Shown in pieces: positions 35,701-45,119 of a DNA stretch of 64,000 nt. Below the pieces are notes generated by a model. It made no database searches. It was not told where the DNA came from and worked only from the letters and a program-made list of their open reading frames with translations. Source of the DNA: Phaeosaccion multiseriatum (Eukaryota > Protista > Ochrophyta, other classes); NCBI GenBank assembly GCA_965112735.1, contig OZ218964.1, forward strand, positions 2,046,001-2,110,000. The letters are read 5' to 3'. The translations under genes were made by a program, and so were the position numbers. Numbering within the stretch: position 1 is the first letter of the stretch; each line of letters begins with the position of its first letter.

Positions 35701-38155
35701 TTCTTCCCTGCGATAGTGGGTACAGTTTCGTCAGCATGGCTTGCACCTCCCATTCCTTCCACCTTGTGATTCCGTCTGCTCCCACATTCAGCCGCCCTTG
35801 AATGTGTTTTGCGTGCAGAGTGAACCTCCCAATCACCTCCATCATCCCCCAAGCTTGCATGAGGTAACCCGCCCTCACACACCCCTTTGCCCCTTGCTTG
35901 CTGATTCTCTGAATTGCACTCAAATTGTCTCCCCTCGCCAATACCGGGGCTCCTTCCTTCTCCGCCCTGATTCCCTGCTGGACCACCACGAGCTCTGCCA
36001 TCACCACCATTGCCAATAGTTCCAACAGGTTGATTGACACCCTCCTGTGGTCTGCCACCTTGCCTCCTCCATCCCCTTCCTCCCCCACGAAGCGGCCCTC
36101 CAAGCTCACTCCTTCCATCTCCTCCATTCCCAGCCTCCACCACCATCCCAGCTCCTCGCAGTAGCCGCCGATCGCCTGCTTCGAAGCATCCGTGTACCAA
36201 GCCATCACTGGCGGAAGCTCGACATGCACCAACATGGGAGTAACCAGCGCCTGCCTCATCTGGTCCTCACGATGAAGCAACCACCTCCACCACTCGAGAT
36301 CTTCAAAGACCTCGTTCGACACTCGCCACCTGCCATTCCTCGCTGTTATTCGCGCCGTCGCCAACCGCCACCAAAAATACTTTCCTGCCCTGATCACAAA
36401 GGAGAAGTGAAGCAGCTTCCCCGCCAGGGACTCCACCTCCTTCTTCGGCGCGTATACCTTCGTCCCCTTGACCCACACCACGTCCAACAAGTGCTTGAGT
36501 TCGCTGAGTTTCTTCTTCGACAGCGTGATGGTCATAGCTGCCGTATTCACCACCCACCCCAACACCTCCAGCTCCACTGTCCAGGGCGACGTCTTCTTCT
36601 CCGCCACACAGCACGGATGACCCGGCCTTGGGAAACCCAAGATTTGGAAGTGAGCCTCAATCAAGCTCGCTGAGACCGCCCGTAAGTATGATGCGCTATG
36701 CATGATGCACGCGAGAAGGGCATCATCCACGTACATGTGTCCCCTATGCGCCTCGTCCTCCCCCCCCCTTGCCGCTGCCAAGATATCCGCCGACGGCCTC
36801 TCCCTCGCCTCCACCTCGACAATCTGCACCTCGGGTCCTGGCACCACCACCTCGATTCCGCTCGCCAACGCAGACGCCTCCTCTGACACCGGAGTACTCG
36901 CTGTCGTCGCTTCGTGTGCTGCCATGATGGCTGACGCCACCGCTTGAAACCACCCCGGGCTCCCAAGCCACCCGAAGACCAGCCGACAATCCACCACCAC
37001 CATGCCCTCCCACCGGTAACAGAACCACTTCACGCTCTCCAGTGCCACCATCACCTGCCGAAACGCTGACTTGACGTCCAGTTTGCTCAAGAAAATGTGC
37101 TGCCCTGGGTATTTCGCCCGAAGACGCCACACCAGCTCGATGAGAGCCCGAAAGACCCCGCCGCACAGACTCTCGGGCACACTGTCGGCAGATGACCGGG
37201 CATTGATGCTTGCCGTCCCAAAGGTCAGGTCGTGAATGATGCGACGCTTGCTCACTTCATCCACCACCCCCAACGGAGACAGCCACAAGTGTTGACCCGC
37301 GGGAGTATCCAAGATGGACTCCCCAAACACCATCACCCGCCCCAGTAGCACATCTTCCACAATCTTTGCCGTAATATCCTGCGGGAACCGCGCTGCGCTA
37401 GCATGATTCCCCCTCGCAATAGCCTCCCGGCGAGCCGCCGCAATCTCCTCCCTCGACCACTGCTGCCGCCCATTGCCCTGCCCCACCACCGCTGTAACGC
37501 CGGACTGCGCCATACGGACAATTCGGTCTGCCACCAAGCCCCCCACCCCCCGCCGCTCGAGAAAGGACGCAATGCGCCCCTCCTCCATATGGGGGGCCAA
37601 GAGCTCCCCCCCCACCGCCTCGACCACCCCTTCGATGCCATCGTGGCCGTCGGCCATGGAAACGGCCTGAGCTGCCATGTCTTTCAAGAGCAGAAGCTGG
37701 TCCCCCAGCGACTGTCCAGCTGCCAACCGCCCCTTGCCCTCCTCCCACACGCGCTGCATGTGGGTCAGCCCCCCGGTACCCCCTGTACTAGGCCCCGCCC
37801 CAGTGCCCCCTGCACCAGGCCCCGCCCCAGTGCCCCCTGCACCAGGCCCCACCCCGGTACCCCCTGTACCAGGCCCCGCCCCAGTGCCCCCTGCACCAGG
37901 CCCCACCCCGGTACCCCCTGTACCAGGCCCCGCCCCAGTGCCCCTTGCACCAGGCCCCACCCCCCTGCCCCCTGCACCATACGCCACCCCGGTACCCCCT
38001 GTACCAGGCCCCACCCCATTGCCCCCTGCACCAAGCCCGGCCCCCATGCCCCCTTGTCCCCGAACCCCCCCCACACCCCTTGCCCTTCCCCCAACCTCAT
38101 ACTCACCCGATAACCTGTGCAAGCCCCCTTGCCCTGGTAGACCCCGATACGTCAC
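35552..38155 (-). CDS. Reverse transcriptase / RNase H of the retroelement
   Basis: LSPLGVV, KRRIIHDLT, KLDVKSAFRQV, LVFGWLGSPGWF, MYVDD, LEVLGW; RNase H WYTDAS, INLLELLA, GDN, HIQGRLNVGADGITR. Confidence 0.93.
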   Translation of the reverse strand: MTYRGLPGQGGLHRLSGEYEVGGRARGVGGVRGQGGMGAGLGAGGNGVGPGTGGTGVAYGAGGRGVGPGARGTGAGPGTGGTGVGPGAGGTGAGPGTGGTGVGPGAGGTGAGPGAGGTGAGPSTGGTGGLTHMQRVWEEGKGRLAAGQSLGDQLLLLKDMAAQAVSMADGHDGIEGVVEAVGGELLAPHMEEGRIASFLERRGVGGLVADRIVRMAQSGVTAVVGQGNGRQQWSREEIAAARREAIARGNHASAARFPQDITAKIVEDVLLGRVMVFGESILDTPAGQHLWLSPLGVVDEVSKRRIIHDLTFGTASINARSSADSVPESLCGGVFRALIELVWRLRAKYPGQHIFLSKLDVKSAFRQVMVALESVKWFCYRWEGMVVVDCRLVFGWLGSPGWFQAVASAIMAAHEATTASTPVSEEASALASGIEVVVPGPEVQIVEVEARERPSADILAAARGGEDEAHRGHMYVDDALLACIMHSASYLRAVSASLIEAHFQILGFPRPGHPCCVAEKKTSPWTVELEVLGWVVNTAAMTITLSKKKLSELKHLLDVVWVKGTKVYAPKKEVESLAGKLLHFSFVIRAGKYFWWRLATARITARNGRWRVSNEVFEDLEWWRWLLHREDQMRQALVTPMLVHVELPPVMAWYTDASKQAIGGYCEELGWWWRLGMEEMEGVSLEGRFVGEEGDGGGKVADHRRVSINLLELLAMVVMAELVVVQQGIRAEKEGAPVLARGDNLSAIQRISKQGAKGCVRAGYLMQAWGMMEVIGRFTLHAKHIQGRLNVGADGITRWKEWEVQAMLTKLYPLSQGRSWRRLELGREAKELCTLTLRDSMREQQLRQDLKGHIRHIGGLGRGIVRW
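37770..38050 (-). repeat. 27-bp coding minisatellite, G(A/V)GPG(T/A)GGT, about 10 copies, in the RT ORF N-terminus
   Basis: Visible in the DNA and in the translation of ORF 35552-38155. Confidence 0.9.
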
Positions 38156-38205
38156 TCCCTTATGATGGGCTGCGGTCGCCCCCTCGCCCTCTGCTCGACC
38201 GCCTC

Positions 38206-38860
38206 CTATCCCGGCGGCGCCCGAGCCCAGACGTCATCCTGGCGCAGAGCCCCCCCCCTGAGGTGCTGCCGCCGCTGCTGCCCCCCCTTCTTTGGTCGAC
38301 GAGCGCGCGTCGTCACACGAGGGGGAACTGCATGACCTCCCTTTTGGGCAAACGAGCAGGTGGCCCCATGGGGGCACTTCTTAAAGCCCGACTTCGCCCA
38401 ATCGAGGCACAAGTAGTCCACCGCCGCCCCCGACAACCCCCGCCGCGGGCCTCCGCCTTCTGTGCATCCAGGTCGGCAAGAAAACCCTGCGTACCCGGAG
38501 CCTCCATCCGCCGCCTCTTCGACAGGGGGCCCGACTCGTCGCTCTGCCCCTCACGTAGAGAACTCCCACCCCGCGCCGATACCTCTGAGAGCAGCCGGGC
38601 CGTCATAGCGTTGACATTCTGCTGGTGTTGTACATAGGCTTGGATGGACTCTCGCGTGCACAGCGGCTGCAAGGCCGTCCACACCAGCGTCGGTGGTTCC
38701 GGAGATACCAGCTCCCCTACCGCTGCCACAGTTCCCCCCTCCTCGGCTGTACGAAACTGAAACGTCTTCCACCCATCCGCCGCGGTGCCCAGCTGGTTGA
38801 TGAAGTGCTTCATGTCAAGGTTGATTGCCCGCTCGAAGCGGGCATGCTCTCTGATTCGAG
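38206..38860 (-). CDS. 5'-truncated gag-like ORF with a CCCH zinc finger (1-nt frameshift near 38437)
   Basis: RFERAINLDMKHF...KAEARGG, then CLDWAKSGFKKCPHGATCSFAQKGGH after a shift within a G run. Confidence 0.7.
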
Positions 38861-39156
38861 CCGCTTCGAGCGGGCAATCAACCTTGACATGAAGCACTTC
38901 ATCAACCAGCTGGGCACCGCGGCGGATGGGTGGAAGACGTTTCAGTTTCGTACAGCCGAGGAGGGGGGAACTGTGGCAGCGGTAGGGGAGCTGGTATCTC
39001 CGGAACCACCGACGCTGGTGTGGACGGCCTTGCAGCCGCTGTGCACGCGAGAGTCCATCCAAGCCTATGTACAACACCAGCAGAATGTCAACGCTATGAC
39101 GGCCCGGCTGCTCTCAGAGGCATCGGCGCGGGGTGGGAGTTCTCTGCGTGAGGGGC
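38546..39156. repeat. Long inverted repeat: 296-bp arms (38546-38841 and 38861-39156) with a 19-nt loop
   Basis: The arms are reverse complements with two visible substitutions (38556/39146 and 38581/39121). Mirrored ORFs appear on both strands. Confidence 0.95.
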
Positions 39157-39252
39157 TGGTTGACGACGGTGGTCAACCAACACGTTCCCTTCATTTCTTA
39201 CAGGGGCTGGTTGACGACGGTGGTCAACCAACACGTTCCCTTCATTTCTTAC
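39151..39252 (+). repeat. Tandem 2 x 51-bp right terminal repeat copies
   Basis: AGGGGCTGGTTGACGACGGTGGTCAACCAACACGTTCCCTTCATTTCTTAC at 39151 and 39202, followed by poly-T and (CT)n. Confidence 0.92.
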
Positions 39253-39306
39253 TTTTTTTCTTTTTTTTTTTTTCTTCTCTTTTTTCTCTCCTTCTCTCTC
39301 ATACAG

Positions 39307-39353
<47 letters not shown>

Positions 39354-39383
39354 TCTCTCCCTCTCGCTCTCTCTCAATTGGGC

Positions 39384-39724
39384 ATGGCCCCCTCGATACT
39401 GCTGGTAGCGTCGATAGTATCCTTCCTGATATTGGCTGAAGCATTTTCATTTGCGCCTGGATTTGCGAGGAGAGGGTTGCAGCCTTGCGCTTCCCCTGGT
39501 GCTAGGCGGTGGGCTGCAATACAAGGCGACGTCGCGAGTGCAAAGCAGGGCAGCGATGAGCGAGTAAGTGGAATGCGAACAGTTCTTTACGTTCACCTTC
39601 ACCCTGCCTAAGCACTCGAGCACTTGTGCATCCCCTTGCAGGCCTTGGTCGATGATCTGCTTTCCCGCATTCAGTCCATGGACCGGGGCATCACAGGTTC
39701 TCCTGAGCAGAGGCAAGTCCCACG

Positions 39725-39757
<33 letters not shown>

Positions 39758-40894
39758 GGACAAGAAAAGAGCCACGACCATGAGAGGAGCCCCCCCCCCT
39801 CCCTCCCTTAGCACCCCCATTGGCATTGGCTGAACCGTGTCGTGCACTACTGACAACACCAGGCAAAAAGTGGATGATATCATCCTCCAATTGAACGAGA
39901 AAGGGAAGGACACCAACTGGCTGGAGGATGCCTCTATATTCGATAACTTTAATGTGGCGTACGTATCTTCGGGCAAATCCCAAAAAGGAAACCCTGCCGG
40001 GGGCAGATTCAGAGGGCGGGTGGGGAGGGCGGTCTTTCGAACCACCAACCTCTTTCAGGTGCGCAGCGCAGACGAGGCTTCAGAACGCCATCGTCTTCCC
40101 CAGCCTGGTTTCCTAACTAACCCTAGGTGACTGACCGTGGCCGCACATCTCTCGCAGCACTTGCTCCAACCCAATGAGGTGGTGAACATGGTCCAGTTTC
40201 GACTACTCGGAGTGCTGCCAGGCTGCGTGACGCTGCGAGGCGACTTCAGGGCCGACACGGAGCGCCGAAACTTTGTCAAGGCCGACTTTGATAGCCCTCG
40301 CATCACCTTGGGGAAGGGCAGGGCCAGCGCCACGGTCAAGGTGCGTGAGGAGGGGAAGCCATCCTGTTCGCCTCATTTCTGATCGACTGACTGAGTGCCT
40401 GCAACTGTTTCAGATGGGGCCCACAAGCTCCGTCGCCATTTCGTGCAGCTACCTCGATGACAACCTAAGGCTTGGTGTGGGGGGAAGAGGCTCACTCTTC
40501 GTTTTCACGAGAGGAGGCGCGGCTCAGACACCGGAGGCGGACTTGTGGAGAGGTGCGTGAAGAGAAGCGCGTGACTGCCGGGGTTGGAGTCAAGTGTGTG
40601 TGTCGGCTGTCCTCCCACCCGTGCCCTCTGTCCTCTGCCCCCCCCCCCCCCCCTTCTCCTCCAGCCTACTGCAAGTCCAACACACGAGCCAAGGTCGCAG
40701 CAGTAAGTGTGTTCGCTGCCGGTGCGATTGTGGCCTGGAGGTTGTCGGCAGTAGCAGCGGCCCCGTTTGGGCTGATTGGAGCGGTGTTGCTGTTGGGAAA
40801 GGGAGGCATCATCGGTGAAGCCGATGCGCAGAAGGTCAGCAGGGGCTTGGACAAAGACGACACACCACAGGTAGCCACTGCAGCGGGACAGTAA
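39384..40894 (+). CDS. Plastid lipid-associated protein / fibrillin-domain protein (about 6 exons, one GC-AG intron)
   Basis: Presequence MAPSILLVASIVSFLILAEA|FSF; LLSRIQSMDRG; PAGGRFRGRVGRAVF; SYLDDNLRLGVGGRGSLFVFTR; C-terminal hydrophobic hairpin. Confidence 0.85.
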
Positions 40895-40945
40895 GTCAAA
40901 TATTATATCCTACTTAGACAACAAGAAAGGGACCCGCGAGATGAG

Positions 40946-43900
40946 CTATGGCGGCACGACGAATCGTCTGTTCGTGGCGACAAGATAATGATTGGTTCCT
41001 CCAACTCTCTCGCCGCAGTCAGGGCAGCGCGACTCTTGCATCGCCCCGCCGCATTCACCGATGAAAAAGGGGTGGCCATTCGGGCAGGTGAACCAGTGTC
41101 CCTGCCCCGTCCACCCCCCCTCAAAGCCGGCGGTACCCTCCCTGTTTCCCACCTCCGTCATGATGGCGAGCATCTGCTGCGGCGTGAGCTTCTCCGCCTT
41201 TGCTAAGACCTTCCTCAAAGTCTCCGCCTCCTCCGCGAGCCCTTCCATCGCCAATCCGTCCTGATTGCCGACATGCTGGGTGACCCATGTGAGGTGGGCT
41301 TCAGCACCCGATCGCAGATGTCTCTTCCTCCCCTCCGCATCGGCTGCACCTTTCGCTCGTGCCCCCTCTACCTCTTCTTCCGCTGCCCCATCATCCATGG
41401 CTGCTCCTCTTGCCACCCCGGTGGTCGACGCTCGGGAAGTCGTCATTCTGACGTCGTCGTTTCGCAGCTGCCAGAGAGCCAGCTGCGCAAGACTCAGCCT
41501 GAAGCGTGCTTGGAGGCGGAGGTGGGCCTTGCCCTCGGCCACTCTGAGGCCCGTCTCAATCACGTCCTGCGCTATGCGGCGGACCTCATCCACCTCCAAA
41601 GCCGACAATGCGAAAGCGGCGAAACCTTCGAGGACGTCCAGCTCTGCCATTCGCGTCTCAGTGGTAGGGACTGCCCATCCGTCACTCACAGGCCCTCCCG
41701 ACGCCTTATCCGCCTCGCAAGCTGCGTGGGAGGGGGAGAAGGGAGGACAGCACGGCGGGGCAGGCGGGGGGCGAGGGGGGGCGAGCGAACGGCCGGGCAG
41801 ATAGCAACAGAGGTACGAGGGGGGAAACCCATTTCAGCAGCGATTGTGAATTGACTTCAGTGTGTTGACTTGCAAGCGAGAAGTGAGAAAGGCATCTCCT
41901 TTGCTGACCTGCGCGTCGAGTGGCTGCGTACATCTTCCTGGTGGGGGACTCCTTTCGCACGTCGTCGAGTAGCTGCCGGTACTTTCTCAGCGTGGCTTGC
42001 CTGGGGTCCTGCTTGCCACCCTTTGCCCCCATCCTCCGACCTCCCTGAGCCTGCGGCATCCGCCCTTCTTCCTGCTGATACCCTTCTCTACCAAGAGCTT
42101 CTCCTCGCCCTCGTTGATCGCCTCCTCCGCCCGCGGGCTCCGCTACTGACACTCGCAACTCCTTGAGACGACTCCGGGTGCTGATGAGAAACTTCCTCTC
42201 CAGAGTGTTGAGCTGTGCCATGTTTGCACAACGTCCATAGCGTCGCGGCGCCGAGCGTCCCGTCACGGGCACCTTGCACGACGGACAGACCTTGACCTTC
42301 CACTCACCCTCCAGTCTCTTGGGGCTCGTCCACTCCCCTGGCTCCTCTCCGCCCCCTGCCACTAGGTCAGCGCTCCTTTCGTACGCGCGATGCAGCTCCA
42401 TGTGCCCGTCCATGCTCTCGGTGGTGAGTGCGTGACCGCAACCGAGCACGATGAGGGCCTGCAGCGGCTCGTCCAGCGCCACCTCGGAGAAGGGCGTCAT
42501 CATGAGCATATCCACGACCTCTCCTCGCTTGCTTCCGCACTGCTGGCACCACTTCAGCGGGTCAGGGCACTGCTCTCCACACACCGACGGGCAGCGATGG
42601 CCGCACGACAGCACCTTGTCGCAGCGCTGGTCACAGGGCAAACGCGCGCACGGAGCTCCACATGGGAGAGGGCAGGCCGGCTGCCCCCCCTCGTGCTCAC
42701 ACCCTCTCCACTCACAGGGCTCCGCGCTGAGCGAGTCGTCGGAGGCGAGGACGACAAGGAGGGGCCGGAAGACGGGACAGGAAATGAGAGAGGAGGTAGA
42801 AGCCGCAAGGTAATCAAGTCATCATCAAGAAGGCAGAGCACACGACACGACACGACACGACACGCACCAGGAGCTGCATACGCTCGCGCAGATCTTGGAG
42901 CAGACGGAGTGTGCACAGCTGACAGAGCACTGGCCTCTCTTGCAGGGTTGGCACGGGGCTGGGTCGTGGCAGACACTACCACGGGTGCCGCACTGGTGAC
43001 CACACATCAGCAGCCTCTCGCAGAGCTTGGTGCAAGCGCGATGAGGCCGGGGCGGCCCCTCCGGAGAAGAGGATGCCTGCCGCTGGCAGCCGCCACACAG
43101 CCCACTGCATTGGTGCCCGCAAGTGTCCGTGTGGACATACTCGCATGGCTTAGGACAGAGCGGCTTGCTCGAGGTTGCGTTGTGGCATTCCGTGGAGGAG
43201 ACGTGCTGGCAGGGGACGAAGCGGTGCTCAACTTGCTCCCTGCAGACAATCTTCCCGGGAGAGTCCACCAGATGGCAGGGTACTTTGTTGGCAGTGTGCC
43301 CGCAAGGGAGGGCCACCCCCTGCACAGACACTTCACAGCGGGACGGGCAGCCCTCATGGCAGCGTTTGGGGCACGGGTGCACTCCGCGCTTGCAAGCGCG
43401 ACTGCAGGGATTGTGGCAGCGGGAGACCTTTTGTGCGGTGGGGTAGAGATGATGGAATGATAAGTACGTGCGTAACTACGTGTGTACACCCCCTCCCCTC
43501 CCCATCTAACCAAGTACCTGGTCGCAGGCCCGAGGATGGCACGTAAGAGTGCAGCGGTGACCGCAGCTGAGCCTTCCTTTGCACTTGCGCACGCAGCCCC
43601 CGTCGGGCATGAGCTCACGAAAGTCCGCCGGGGTCCGAAGCAGCACCGGAGCATCGTCCCTGTGCTTCGCACACACAGCTGGAAGCGCTTCCACCACCTG
43701 TCCCCTTTGCTCGAGGAGGGCAATAATGCTCGTCCAGAGTTCAGCCCCCTTCTTGTCCCGAGATGAGGTCAACGCTTGCGCATTGCCAATGAGGATTAGA
43801 CCCCTGCGAGCACGACTCAACGCGACGTTGACGCGCTCGGGATCACGCAAGAAGCCAATGCTTTGGCCTCCCGAGTTGGACCTTACGAGCGAAATGACCA

Positions 43901-45073
43901 CAATTTCGGCCTGAAAAGGAACGAAAGGCGAGCGCCGGGGCGGCGGGAAGGAGCATGAGGGGGGCCCCCCTTCGTAGAACATGAACACGACGCTTATCCT
44001 CGAGGGCAGTAAGGAGCAGCCGCAGACGGTCTGTATCTGGCTGGTCTGTCTCACCTCTTCTCCCTGGTAGTTGTCGATACTGCTAACGCGTACTCCCTTC
44101 CGCTGACTTGGGCCGGGGCTTCGTTGGAGCGGCCCTTGCGCCTCTTGCGCCTCTTCCACCTCTTCCGCCTCTTCCGCCTCTTGCGCTTCCTGGCGCGCCA
44201 GTTCCTCCGCGTCCCGACTCCCCAACCATGTACCCACGTCGCCACTCTCAAGCGCCCTTCTTATGATCCGCATCTGGCCGAGGTAAGGCGTTAGGACAAC
44301 CATGTCTTCCGCCTCGTGACCTACTTTGTCGCGGGGAGAGATCGATTGGCAAAGTTGCCGTTCAGTTGTTAGTGGAGCTGCAAAGAAGCCCTTACGTTCC
44401 GAAACCCACCTTGGAGAAGCAAGTAGCGCACAACCTCGGTGCTGAGCTCTGCTTCGTACGCGTTCGTCTTGGAGTGAGGCGCAGCGGCGTTCTCGTCCTT
44501 ACGCTTCTTCTTCGATTGGCCATCCTCCAACTCCGCGTGGTTAATGAATATCACACTGGTGCCCTCCTTCAGCCCGAGGAGTGAAGGGCGATTCTCCACA
44601 GAGGGGTGATCAACGAGCTTTGGGTACGTGAGCGTCCGAATGAGGTGGGATATCTCAGGACGCATGCGATGCTGCACCTCCAGACACGCTGACTTCAACT
44701 GCCCCTTCACCACCAATCGCTCGAACAAGGACCTGAGAAGGAAAAGAAGAAGAAAGAGGCATGAGTTCGACTCAAAGCCGATGCCCTCCCCGCCCCCCCA
44801 ACCTGCGCAACGCCGTCACCACTCACTCACCTGTTGAGGTCGAAGCCCATGTTGGCCTCGACAGTGAGGTCGAAGCAGTCGGCCTTCGGGCGAAGCTGCC
44901 TGTGATCGCCAATCAGAATGAGGTGCTTGCAGTGCTTACTCAGACTTGCCAGCACGTGCGCCTCCAGAAGCTCCCCCGCCTCCTCGATCATCACCACGCC
45001 TGGGGCCAGCTCTTCCAACAACTTGTCGCACTGCGCAGCCCTGAGCGGGGCGGAAAGAGGGCGGAAGGTGAAA

Positions 45074-45119
<46 letters not shown>

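Larger units (their letters stand above)
34226..39256 (-). mobile_element. Tyrosine-recombinase retrotransposon (Ngaro/DIRS group), 5'-rearranged
   Basis: Intronless, overlapping gag, RT/RNase H and YR ORFs. No methyltransferase domain is visible after RNase H, which is Ngaro-like. Bounded by direct copies of a ~47-bp repeat. Confidence 0.92.

Noticed and set aside
38625-39611. 328-aa plus ORF apparently fusing gag sequence to the fibrillin signal peptide
   Set aside because: Created by the inverted duplication and a stop-free poly-T/(CT)n tract; the fibrillin gene has its own ATG at 39384.
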